Shown here: in pieces, positions 9,538 through 17,584 of the stretch
Numbering within the stretch: the first letter of the stretch is position 1
Layout of the letters: every line of letters starts with the position of its first letter
Virus record (IMG/VR): IMGVR_UViG_3300036845_000721
Span: 1 to 64,000 of that record
Strand: one strand, 5' to 3'
DNA from: a virus
Length of the DNA: 64,000 nucleotides
Position numbers and translations under genes: made by a program
The notes under the pieces: generated by a model
What the model was told of the DNA's origin: nothing
The model's input: only the letters and a program-made list of their open reading frames with translations
Databases searched by the model: none

Positions 9538-9831
9538 GTGGGGCTGTTTCGCAGGAACGCCGCGCCCCCGGCGCCGTCCGGGCCGCCGCTGGGCGTGATC
9601 CTGCACTACCGCGGCCTGGCCATTCCGTGCGAGGTGCTGCGCGAGGAGGACCTGGACCGCCGCGGCCGGACCGCGTGGGCGGCATGGCCGATCGAGCCGG
9701 CGCCGCTGATGCCGGGCGAGGAACCTGAGCTCACCGCGACGATACTGCCGGACGGCTGCCTGCTGTTCTACGGCCCCCTGCTCCAGCGGGCGCCAGACAG
9801 TGACGAATGGTGGCTGCCCGACGTGTGGTAA
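9538..9831 (+). CDS. Hypothetical protein (97 aa)
   Basis: ORF with GC3-rich codons between the lysin and a terminator-like hairpin. Confidence 0.55.
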   Translation: MGLFRRNAAPPAPSGPPLGVILHYRGLAIPCEVLREEDLDRRGRTAWAAWPIEPAPLMPGEEPELTATILPDGCLLFYGPLLQRAPDSDEWWLPDVW

Positions 9832-9865
9832 CCGGGACGGCTGTGACGTAACTCCTGTGACATGA

Positions 9866-9906
9866 CAGTAGCCCAGGGCCGCGATTGGTCCTGGGCTACT
9901 GCTTTT
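9866..9906 (+). terminator. Intrinsic terminator-like hairpin
   Basis: 15-bp stem CAGTAGCCCAGGGCC / GGTCCTGGGCTACTG (one G-U pair), 6-nt loop, followed by CTTTT. Confidence 0.7.
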
Positions 9907-9920
9907 GCACCGAGAAGCCT

Positions 9921-10014
9921 GGAGCGGCCGTAGCCGTCCTGTTATCGTCGGTGAGGTTAGCGCCGAGCCCGGGAAACGGCCTGAGAATCCTTCCCCCGGG
10001 ACGGCGGCCGATCC
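9921..10014 (+). ncRNA. Structured 5' leader (candidate cis-regulatory RNA) of the LysM-Rpf gene
   Basis: Closing stem 9921-9941 / 9997-10014 (about 17 bp with a 3-nt bulge); internal hairpin 9948-9953 / 9961-9966; ends 17 nt before the ATG. Confidence 0.45.
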
Positions 10015-10031
10015 TGAAGAAAAGCATACAG

Positions 10032-10862
10032 ATGAAAATGCGACATGCGCGACGGGCAATATTGTCCGTCCTCGGCGCGGTGGCACTGGTCTTCGCCTTC
10101 GCCTACCAGGCGGCAGCCCAGCCCCGGCCGGACGCCCTCCCGCCCGTCGTGGCCGCGGGGCTGCCGGCCGCCTACCAGCCGGCAGCCCTGCACCATGCCC
10201 CTTCCCAGCTCACCCGGCTCTACACCGTCCGTCACGGCGACACCCTGAGCAGGATCGCCGCCGCCCGGTGCGGGGTGGCAGCTGACTGGACCGGCATTTT
10301 CGCCGCCAGCCGCGCCGCGTACCGGACCGGGGCCGACCCGAACCTGATCTATCCCGGGCAGCTGCTGGTGCTGAGCTGCAGGCAGGCGACGATCCCGCGC
10401 CAGGCCAGGACCGTGACCAGGGCATACGTCACCGGACATCCGCGTTATGCCAGCTCAGGCCATATCGACGCCCGGGGCAGGATCTGGGGCGTCAGCTACG
10501 GCTACCCGAACTACTGCGGCGACGGCGACGGCGACGGCTGGGACGTGGCCTGCGGTACCAGGCATCCCGCCTCGCGCGGCGGCAGCGGGTACCGCGGATA
10601 CAGCCGGCCGGCCGGCGGCACCTATCACGGCTCGGGCTCGATGCAGCAGTGCATCATCGCGGCCGAGTCCGGCGGCAGCAGCCAGATAATGAACTCCACC
10701 GGGCACTACGGGCTCTACCAGTTCAGTGCCAGCACCTGGGCAGGCAGCGGCGGGAACCCGGCCGACTTCGGGCACGCCAGCGTGGCCGAGCAGAACCAGG
10801 TCTACTACAACGCGGTCGCGGCCCGGGGCTACCGCGACTGGGTGCCGTATGACCATTGTTAG
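10032..10862 (+). CDS. rpf: Secreted LysM + resuscitation-promoting-factor (Rpf)-type lytic transglycosylase
   Basis: Signal peptide; LysM (YTVRHGDTLSRIA...NLIYPGQLL); Rpf core CIIAAESGG (catalytic Glu), YGLYQFSASTW, ASVAEQ, W..C. Confidence 0.88.
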   Translation: MKMRHARRAILSVLGAVALVFAFAYQAAAQPRPDALPPVVAAGLPAAYQPAALHHAPSQLTRLYTVRHGDTLSRIAAARCGVAADWTGIFAASRAAYRTGADPNLIYPGQLLVLSCRQATIPRQARTVTRAYVTGHPRYASSGHIDARGRIWGVSYGYPNYCGDGDGDGWDVACGTRHPASRGGSGYRGYSRPAGGTYHGSGSMQQCIIAAESGGSSQIMNSTGHYGLYQFSASTWAGSGGNPADFGHASVAEQNQVYYNAVAARGYRDWVPYDHC

Positions 10863-11460
10863 ACGGGCCGCAGCCACGGCGGCAGTACTCGCCTTCATCA
10901 CCGTCCTGGCGATCGCCGCGGCCCCCGCGCACGCTGCCACGTCAGCCCGCGGCGCTCCCGTCGCGGTCCAGAGCGCATACGGCGGGTCGCGGGCCGGGAA
11001 CGAGGCGCTGAACTGGGCCGAGCGGCACGCGGCCGGCCGCTGGTACTGCTTCGGCGGTACCGGGCCGTCGTGCTGGGACTGCTCCGGCCTGGTGATGACC
11101 GCGTTCCGGTACGGCGCCGGGATCGCCCTGCCCCGCACCACCTGGGCGATGCCCGGCAGCCCGCGGCTGCACCGGATCCCGCTGGCGGACGCGCGCCGCG
11201 GCGACATCCTGTTCTACGGGCCGGGGCACGTGGAGCTCGATACGGCCTGGCCGCACGCGTCGTTCGGCGCGCACGACGCGGGCAGCCTGATCGGCTGGAT
11301 CAGCTGGGGTCCGTGGTGGCACCCGACGGCCGCTTACCGAGTCTGGTTAGGAGTTGCGATCGTTTGCAGCCGGCACCCGGAGTTTTCCGCCCGTTTCACT
11401 CCAGACAGTCCGGAAAGGGTTACACTCCGGAATACGGTTGGCGAGCCAGTCGCGGGGTAG
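10849..11460 (+). CDS. Secreted NlpC/P60 (C40) peptidoglycan endopeptidase
   Basis: Signal peptide; YCFGGTGPSCWDCSGLV (catalytic Cys), RGDILFY..GHV (His). The domain ends at about 11346, immediately followed by a TTA codon. Confidence 0.88.
   Translation: MTIVRRAAATAAVLAFITVLAIAAAPAHAATSARGAPVAVQSAYGGSRAGNEALNWAERHAAGRWYCFGGTGPSCWDCSGLVMTAFRYGAGIALPRTTWAMPGSPRLHRIPLADARRGDILFYGPGHVELDTAWPHASFGAHDAGSLIGWISWGPWWHPTAAYRVWLGVAIVCSRHPEFSARFTPDSPERVTLRNTVGEPVAG
11421..11426 (+). promoter_or_regulatory. -10 box TACACT of putative ncRNA promoter
   Basis: Actinobacterial TANNNT -10 element 7 nt upstream of the 5' end of a closed RNA structure; flanked by TCCGGAA at 11409 and 11426; no clear -35. Confidence 0.45.
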
Positions 11461-11639
11461 CCGGCACCGGGAACGGACGCAGGCTCCCTGGCCCGGGCTC
11501 GGACCAGTCCGCGTGCACGCATGCTGACGGCATGACAGGGAGAGCGCGTCTTAGCGGAACGGTTACCCCGCGGCAGGGCGGCCCGCGCGCAGGCGGTGGA
11601 CCCATCACCACCTGTCAGCACGCGGGCCGCGCCAGCCGT
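11434..11639 (+). ncRNA. Candidate ~205-nt structured non-coding RNA
   Basis: Closing stem 11434-11443 / 11630-11639; 12-bp stem 11452-11463 / 11560-11571; 11484-11490 / 11536-11542; 11579-11587 / 11621-11629; GGAA tetraloop hairpin at 11466-11475. Confidence 0.55.
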
Positions 11640-11678
11640 CCAGGATCATGATCCTGCCATGGCCCGGGCGCGGGAACA

Positions 11679-12071
11679 TCACCCGGCCCGCGCGATGCGG
11701 GCGTCGCAGCCGTCGGTGTCCCGGCAGAGCCAGCCGCCCGGGTGATCCGGATCGGCCTGCGAGGCGACCGTCAGCAGCGGCAGATGGCGCTCCCCGCAGT
11801 ACCGGCAGCGGGCCGGGTCGGCGTTGTTGGCCTCCCGGACGGCAGCCATCAGGTCCGGCAGGTCTTCGGTCAGCAGCTGCCGGATGTTGGCGACCGCGGT
11901 CCGCAGCGGGAACTCCGGGCCGAGCACGTCCCGGCCGCCGAGCCGGATGACCAGCTCGCGCAGCCGGGCTTCCGGGTCGGCGACCTCGCCGCGCGGCACC
12001 TCGTCTGGCAGCAGCACCTGCAGTACCCGCTGGCGGCGGCCCTCGATCTTCTCCAGGTGAACGGTCTTCAC
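11679..12071 (-). CDS. Hypothetical protein with C-terminal Cys motifs
   Basis: 130 aa, GTGA-coupled; CRYC...C...C. Confidence 0.6.
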   Translation of the reverse strand: MKTVHLEKIEGRRQRVLQVLLPDEVPRGEVADPEARLRELVIRLGGRDVLGPEFPLRTAVANIRQLLTEDLPDLMAAVREANNADPARCRYCGERHLPLLTVASQADPDHPGGWLCRDTDGCDARIARAG

Positions 12072-12316
12072 GCGGCGGCCCGCACGCAGGCCCGGCCCTC
12101 GGGAGTAAGACGGTAGCCGTACGGGGCACCGCCGAACAACCCGGACTCGGCCAGCTCGCGGCGGATCAGGGCACGCAGCGCCTGCAGGGCCAGCCCGTCG
12201 TTCTCGCAGCGGGCCGCGGCGAGGATGTCCGCCTGGATCGCCGGAGCCTCCTCGCTGAGCCTGCCCAGGGCCAGCAGTACCTGCAGCTGGTCCGGGCTCA
12301 GCGACCGGACGTTCAC
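12068..12316 (-). CDS. Small winged-helix-like protein
   Basis: LSPDQLQVLLAL...LRALIRRELAE...YRLTPEG. Confidence 0.55.
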   Translation of the reverse strand: MNVRSLSPDQLQVLLALGRLSEEAPAIQADILAAARCENDGLALQALRALIRRELAESGLFGGAPYGYRLTPEGRACVRAAA

Positions 12317-13035
12317 GGAGTGCCCTCCGCGGCAGGCTCCGCGGCGGGCTCCGCAGTGTTCCAGGGTGGCCCCTCGGCAGCCTCGGCCAGCCGGGCCAGC
12401 GGCTCGCCGGCGCCCGGGAACGCTATCCGGGCGACCGCGACCAGCGCCTGCAGGTCGTCGCGGCGGACCTCGGCCAGCCCGTCGCTGCCGCCGTCCGGGG
12501 TCTCGCCGAGCGCGTCCAGCGCGGCGATCACGGTCAGCGCGTCCTCGTACTTCGCCACGCTGGCCCGGAAGGTGCCGTCCGGGATCTCGCCCTTGTTCAG
12601 CATCTCGGCGTGCCGGGCGGCGGCTTCGAGGATCAGCGTCAGCGACCGCTTCGCCGCGGCTACCTGCCGGGCTCGGGCTTTCGTGACCGGGCTCTTTGGT
12701 GGTGTCATAGTTTCGTCTCCTGTTCGATTTCCGGTTTTTGCTCCGCCGGTTATTTGATTTCCGGCCCTGTACCAGGCGGTACCGTCCGGAGTAAGGGACC
12801 AGTAAGCGCCGTTCGGCCCGTCCTCGCTGCGCGCCCGCCCGGCGTTCTGCAGCTCTTTCAGCAGGCCGAGCACCAGCGTCATCGGCGCCGCCTTGTCCGC
12901 CGGTCCCGGCAGCAGCAGCGGGCCGGCGGAAGCATTGACCAGGTACGCGGTCGCCCCCGGCTGTGCGCCCAGCAGGGCAGCGGCGACGACCCGCAGCTGC
13001 GCCGCCCGCAGCTCCCGGGCCGCCTGGGTGCTCAC
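12313..13035 (-). CDS. Winged-helix-like protein fused in frame to a second domain with its own internal start (ATG at 12708)
   Basis: LLKELQNAGRA...YWSLTPDG; no stop before ACAGGAGACGAAACTATG at 12708-12723. Confidence 0.55.
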   Translation of the reverse strand: MSTQAARELRAAQLRVVAAALLGAQPGATAYLVNASAGPLLLPGPADKAAPMTLVLGLLKELQNAGRARSEDGPNGAYWSLTPDGTAWYRAGNQITGGAKTGNRTGDETMTPPKSPVTKARARQVAAAKRSLTLILEAAARHAEMLNKGEIPDGTFRASVAKYEDALTVIAALDALGETPDGGSDGLAEVRRDDLQALVAVARIAFPGAGEPLARLAEAAEGPPWNTAEPAAEPAAEGTP

Positions 13036-13337
13036 GGCGCCGGCTTCCCGCCCGCGCGGGATTCCCGGATGACGGCCATGCACCGGTCCAGCAGCGGATG
13101 AAAGACCGTCCCGTCCGCGCGCAGCTGGGGGATCGCGCCGACGGTGACGTAGGCACTGAGAATCTGCTGCACCGCCGCGGGCTCGCCGCCCGCCGCGATC
13201 GCGATCACGGCCTGGCGGATGCTCCACCCGGCGTAGGAGTCGAAGTCGGCGCCCGTCCACCCGGCGGTCCGGAACTTCTCATCGAACAGCCGCCCGGCGG
13301 TCTCCCGGATCGCCGCCGCATCCTGGTCAGTGGTCAC
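13032..13337 (-). CDS. Hypothetical protein
   Basis: CAGGAGACAG motif at 13341-13350 before GTG. Confidence 0.6.
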   Translation of the reverse strand: MTTDQDAAAIRETAGRLFDEKFRTAGWTGADFDSYAGWSIRQAVIAIAAGGEPAAVQQILSAYVTVGAIPQLRADGTVFHPLLDRCMAVIRESRAGGKPAP

Positions 13338-13567
13338 GAGCTGTCTCCTGTCCCGGGCTTCTGCGCGAGGAAGCCGTAGTCGTCGGCCACCGGGCGGCGC
13401 AGCTCCCAGCCCTCGGCGGCCAGCTGGCGGAGGGAGGCGGCGAACTCCTCGCTTTTCGCGGCGGCTTCCTCCAGCGTGACGGCGCCGTCGATCGTCCACT
13501 TGGCGCGGATGATGAGCTCGTCATCGTCACCGCCCGGGAACACCTGCGGGGCCTGGCCAGCGGTCAT
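13334..13567 (-). CDS. Hypothetical phage protein (IIRAKW..DGA.TL.EAA type)
   Basis: Start-associated motif upstream; coupled overlap. Confidence 0.6.
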   Translation of the reverse strand: MTAGQAPQVFPGGDDDELIIRAKWTIDGAVTLEEAAAKSEEFAASLRQLAAEGWELRRPVADDYGFLAQKPGTGDSS

Positions 13568-13893
13568 GTCATGGTCTCCTGTCTCCTGTTCTCGTCTTCG
13601 GCCCGGAGCCGCTGCAGCCCGCGGGCCGTCCGCTCCCATTCCTCCATGTTGTGCCGCAGCGCGGTGCCCAGGTGCGGCCAGCAGTAGACCCCGTCGCTAG
13701 CGGGCAGGAAGGCGTCGCGCAGCGCGGTGAACTGCCACCTGGCCCGGTTCCGGCACCTGTATTTCGCCATCGTCTGCGAGCTGTCCAGGGCGGCCAGCGG
13801 CATGTGCCCCCAGCGGTAGGCGTCGCAGTCCTGGGTGCGCTCCAGCCGGGTCACCCACGGCAGCCGGGCCACCAGGTCGGTGATCGCGCTCAT
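13564..13893 (-). CDS. Hypothetical protein
   Basis: 109 aa, ATGA-coupled on both sides. Confidence 0.55.
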   Translation of the reverse strand: MSAITDLVARLPWVTRLERTQDCDAYRWGHMPLAALDSSQTMAKYRCRNRARWQFTALRDAFLPASDGVYCWPHLGTALRHNMEEWERTARGLQRLRAEDENRRQETMT

Positions 13894-14228
13894 TGCTGCA
13901 GCTCCTGCTCGATCTCGCGGATCATCCGGCGCTGGTTGTCCAGGATGATCTCCGGCGCGCCCAGGTCGGTCAGCCGCTGCAGCTGAGCCTGGCGGAGCGC
14001 CAGCCGGTGCTCCAGGCCCGGCTCGGTATCAGCCCACTGATTCCATTCAGTGATCTCCTCCGGCGTGTCCTGATGCTCCGCGCGGGGCCGGCCGCAGCAG
14101 CCGTCGGTGAAGTAGTGGTCCGGCGGCTCGCGGGTCCAGTCGTGGCAGTTTCCGCAGTAACCCTCATCGACGTCGCGGGGGTGGTGCGACGTGCTGCCGC
14201 AGCGCGGGCAGGTATACGACGCGCTCAC
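13890..14228 (-). CDS. Small zinc-finger protein
   Basis: YTCPRCG.TSHHP.D...GYCGNCH motif. Confidence 0.6.
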   Translation of the reverse strand: MSASYTCPRCGSTSHHPRDVDEGYCGNCHDWTREPPDHYFTDGCCGRPRAEHQDTPEEITEWNQWADTEPGLEHRLALRQAQLQRLTDLGAPEIILDNQRRMIREIEQELQQ

Positions 14229-14836
14229 GGCCGCTGCCCCGCTTCCTGCTCCAGCAGCTCCCACAGCCGCCGTTCCGCCTCGGCCCGGTGGTTGTCCCGG
14301 ACGTGCCCGTCGCCTGCGCGCAGGTCGGCCAGGATGTCGTCGCCCTGCTCCATCCGGGCGCGGGCCAGCCGGTGCGCGCGGTCGGGCGGTGTCGTGATGA
14401 TCTCGTGCAGGTGCGGTCCGGGCCGGTCCAGGCAGTGGCAGACCTTCCCGTCCGGGGACCGCACGACGTACTGGGCCATGCCGGGCAGCGCGTGGTAATG
14501 CGTCATGCCGTACCGCTTGCCGTCCGGGCCGTGGCACCAGCGCGTCCCGTCGATGCCCCCGGTGACCAGCCCCTCATGATCACAGTGACTCCACCAGACC
14601 GGTTTCCCGCAGTCGGTGCAGTAGCCTTCCTGGTTCCCGCCCGGCTCGATCCGGACGGTTCCGTCGGCGGCGCGGATGATCCAGTCGCCGGTATCGGCGT
14701 GAAGCCTGCCACCAGGCGGGATTTTCGCGAACCCGCCGATCCGGCCGCTATTCCAGGCCGCGGCCCCGGCCCATTCCGCCAGCGACCGCGCCTGGTGGCT
14801 GTCGCCGAACCGGCGGGCCTCGAAGTTGACGCTCAT
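14225..14836 (-). CDS. Hypothetical protein
   Basis: 203 aa with GDWII motif and CTDC; SD upstream. Confidence 0.55.
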   Translation of the reverse strand: MSVNFEARRFGDSHQARSLAEWAGAAAWNSGRIGGFAKIPPGGRLHADTGDWIIRAADGTVRIEPGGNQEGYCTDCGKPVWWSHCDHEGLVTGGIDGTRWCHGPDGKRYGMTHYHALPGMAQYVVRSPDGKVCHCLDRPGPHLHEIITTPPDRAHRLARARMEQGDDILADLRAGDGHVRDNHRAEAERRLWELLEQEAGQRP

Positions 14837-14843
14837 GGTCTCC

Positions 14844-16928
14844 TCATCTCGCCAGCCGGAACACGGTACGTTTCTTCGCAGGCTGCTTGAGCGGTTTCCC
14901 GGGCGGTCCCTTCCAGAAGCCCGCGACGTAGCTGATGCGGACGGTCTGCCCGTTGGCCAGGCAGACCGCGCACACGTCGTGGTCGTCGTCGGGCAGCAGG
15001 CCGGGCTGCCGGGCCGGGACCGGCTTGTGCTTGCGCGGGCCGTTCTCGTCGTGGTCCTCGTAGGGGTCGATGTGCCGGTAGAACTCCGCTGTCCACCATC
15101 GCCAGGACCAGTCGACCGGCTGCGGGTGGTGCGGTACCGGGTCGCTGTCGTAGACGTACTCGCGCAGCGTGACGATCCGCACGTGGTCGTGCCGCAGCGC
15201 CCGGCGGGCGGCCTGGCGCGGGCCGCCGGGCAGGGTCACCCGGACCGGCCGGGACTTCGGCAGCGTTTCCCCCAGGGTTTTCCACAGGGTGTGCAGCAGG
15301 CTCATCAGCTCCCGGCCGTTGGTCCGGTACCGTTCGCCCAGGTTCACCCGGACGCCGAACGGGAGGATCACGATCTGCTGCGGGACCAGGTTCCCGACCT
15401 GGTTGGCCACCCTGACCGCGCGCTTCTCCTGGTTCTTCCACCGGCCGAACGCGACGTCGTCGGGGATCCGCAGCCACAGCACGATCCGGACCGCGTCGAC
15501 CGGGGTACTCAGGCTGCCGGCCGGGATGCCGAACACGCCGGAGGAGGTGTCGGCGAGGACCGTGATCCGCTCCCAGGACACGGCGCGGACCGGCAGCCAG
15601 TACCCGGCCGCGGTTTCCGACAGCCACGCCGCGTCCAGCCAGGCGAACCCGGCCGGGACGGGCAGCAGGCCCTCGTCCAGGATGACCAGCTCGTCCCGGC
15701 TCCGGTCCTGGTGCATCTTCCGGCACATCGCCGTGGTGACCTGGATGGTGTCGGCACTCTCCAGGCCCCGGCCGATCAGCCGGGCCATCCGGGTGCCCTC
15801 GGGGACGTCGGCGCCCTTGGTCAGGTTCAGCGGCCAGAACATGCTGGCGGTCTTATGGTCCTGGCTCAGGCTGTTGCGGATATGGAAGGCCAGGTAGTCG
15901 GCGAGGTCGTCGCCCGGGTTGAGGTAATGCTTCGCCAGCCACTCGTGCGCGGCCAGCACCCGGTCGGCCGCCCAGTCCTCCCGCAGCCTGATGGCCTCGG
16001 CCGCTTCCAGGCTGCGCGCGAGGGCGGAGGTGTCCGCGGTGCCAGGGATCAGCTTCGCGCCCCGCCGGTCGGCGGCCTCCATCCGGTCATGCCAGCCGCG
16101 GACAGTCGCCGGGCTGCCGACCAGGACCCGGCCCGAGTCGTTCTCGTCGTCCGGGTCCAGGTCCTCGATCACCAGGTCGGTGTCCGCGAGATCGGCTGCG
16201 TTCAGGTCGTCGGTGACGATCAGCTCCGGCCCGCCGGCCGGCGAGCTGGCCAGGGGCCGCCATACCTGGTCGGCCGGGTCGCCCGTGTAGCCGTCCGGCA
16301 GCGGGATTCCCGCGGGCCGGTACCCGGCAGGCCGATCGGGGGCGATGATGTCGCCGGGCTGCAGTCCGCCTGGCAGCCCCTCGCCGCCGTCGGTGCGGGT
16401 GCCCCCGGTGATGACCTTCGCCGGCATGGTGCCCCGGGCGGCACCCTTGACGACCGAGTACTCCTCGGCGGCGGTGCTCCCGCCGGTCCGCGCCGCGCGA
16501 GCGATCGCCTGCAGGTTAGCCGGATCGGCCAGCTCGTCCGGGGACAGGCCACGGCCCAGCTTCTCCGTCAGCCCCGGCTGCTCGCTTTCCAGGGCCTGGG
16601 CGAAACGGTCCGGTGACCCGATAAGACGGCCGGCCGCGCCGGGGCGCAGGAACGCGGCCGGGACCTCCGCCTGCATGCCGCGCTTCCCTGCTCGCCGGGA
16701 AGCGCGGGCAACGAATCCCTCCTGCATCTGCGCGAGCGGGCTGTCCTTGGGCAGCCGGGTGACCGCGCCCCGTCGGGCCGGCACCTGGCCGGGGTCGGGA
16801 ATCGGTGTGCCTGCAGACTCCTCCGCTGCCGCGGCGGCTTCCGGGTCCTGGGCGAGCTGCGCGGCGCGGCGGCCGACGTCCCCCTCGTTGCCGATGTTCT
16901 TGCGCGGCGGGCGCTTTTTCTTCGCCAC
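14844..16928 (-). CDS. Large conserved phage hypothetical protein (694 aa)
   Basis: C-terminal VRIVTLRE...DWSWRWW...WKGPPGKPL pattern, which I recognise from uncharacterised phage proteins; start-associated motif at 16941. Confidence 0.65.
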   Translation of the reverse strand: MAKKKRPPRKNIGNEGDVGRRAAQLAQDPEAAAAAEESAGTPIPDPGQVPARRGAVTRLPKDSPLAQMQEGFVARASRRAGKRGMQAEVPAAFLRPGAAGRLIGSPDRFAQALESEQPGLTEKLGRGLSPDELADPANLQAIARAARTGGSTAAEEYSVVKGAARGTMPAKVITGGTRTDGGEGLPGGLQPGDIIAPDRPAGYRPAGIPLPDGYTGDPADQVWRPLASSPAGGPELIVTDDLNAADLADTDLVIEDLDPDDENDSGRVLVGSPATVRGWHDRMEAADRRGAKLIPGTADTSALARSLEAAEAIRLREDWAADRVLAAHEWLAKHYLNPGDDLADYLAFHIRNSLSQDHKTASMFWPLNLTKGADVPEGTRMARLIGRGLESADTIQVTTAMCRKMHQDRSRDELVILDEGLLPVPAGFAWLDAAWLSETAAGYWLPVRAVSWERITVLADTSSGVFGIPAGSLSTPVDAVRIVLWLRIPDDVAFGRWKNQEKRAVRVANQVGNLVPQQIVILPFGVRVNLGERYRTNGRELMSLLHTLWKTLGETLPKSRPVRVTLPGGPRQAARRALRHDHVRIVTLREYVYDSDPVPHHPQPVDWSWRWWTAEFYRHIDPYEDHDENGPRKHKPVPARQPGLLPDDDHDVCAVCLANGQTVRISYVAGFWKGPPGKPLKQPAKKRTVFRLAR

Positions 16929-16994
16929 TGGTCTCGCCTCCTGTCTCCTGATCCTGGTCGTACTGTACGGCCGGGCTGCGACATTCCCCGCCGG

Positions 16995-17357
16995 TCAGCC
17001 GGACTCGGACTTCGCCAGCTTCGCGGCCAGCTTCATGAACTCCCCGGCGAAGGCGAACCGGGTCCAGATGTGCAGCGCCAGCTCGGGTGATGCGCTCAGC
17101 GTGCCGCCGAACTGGGTCCACAGCTCCAGGGCCAGCGCGGCGACCGCGTACAGTCCCGGACCCATGTGGAAGGTGCTAAAGGTGACGCGCTGCTCGCTGT
17201 GGTAGTCGATTTCCACCCGGGTCATCCCGGCGCCGGCGTAGTACAGCGTGCGGCGCGGTTCCCGGTTCAGGCCGTGGTCGCGTGCCCAGGTATCCCACTT
17301 CTCACGGGAGATGCCGATGGTGCCTTCCTCGAACTCGATGGTGATGGTGCTGCTCAT
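16995..17357 (-). CDS. Hypothetical protein
   Basis: CAGGAGACAG at 17362-17371. Confidence 0.6.
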   Translation of the reverse strand: MSSTITIEFEEGTIGISREKWDTWARDHGLNREPRRTLYYAGAGMTRVEIDYHSEQRVTFSTFHMGPGLYAVAALALELWTQFGGTLSASPELALHIWTRFAFAGEFMKLAAKLAKSESG

Positions 17358-17584
17358 GATCCTGTCTCCTGTCCTTGATTCCTGATCCACTCGCGAGCTG
17401 CGGCCAGCGTGCCGAACGGTGATGGCCCGGGGTCCTCGTCCCCTTCCAGGGTCTGCACGTTCCAGCCGAGCACGTTGCGGCTGCGGCCCTGGTAAATCGC
17501 CTTGACGCGCCTGCCCTCGATCAGCCAGTGACCGGGCTCGATGCACCTCTGCTCAAGCGGGACTACCGGCCCGTGCTCTCTCAT
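17354..17584 (-). CDS. Hypothetical protein
   Basis: 76 aa, coupled overlaps. Confidence 0.5.
   Translation of the reverse strand: MREHGPVVPLEQRCIEPGHWLIEGRRVKAIYQGRSRNVLGWNVQTLEGDEDPGPSPFGTLAAAREWIRNQGQETGS

Noticed and set aside
9940-9990. c-di-AMP (ydaO) riboswitch
   Set aside because: Only a short GCTAACCTC-like resemblance, on the antisense strand; the other conserved blocks are not visible. Kept only as an unassigned structured leader.
9970-9990. Hammerhead ribozyme (GAAA...CTGAGA)
   Set aside because: The core would need CUGANGA, and the spacing leaves no room for stems I and III.
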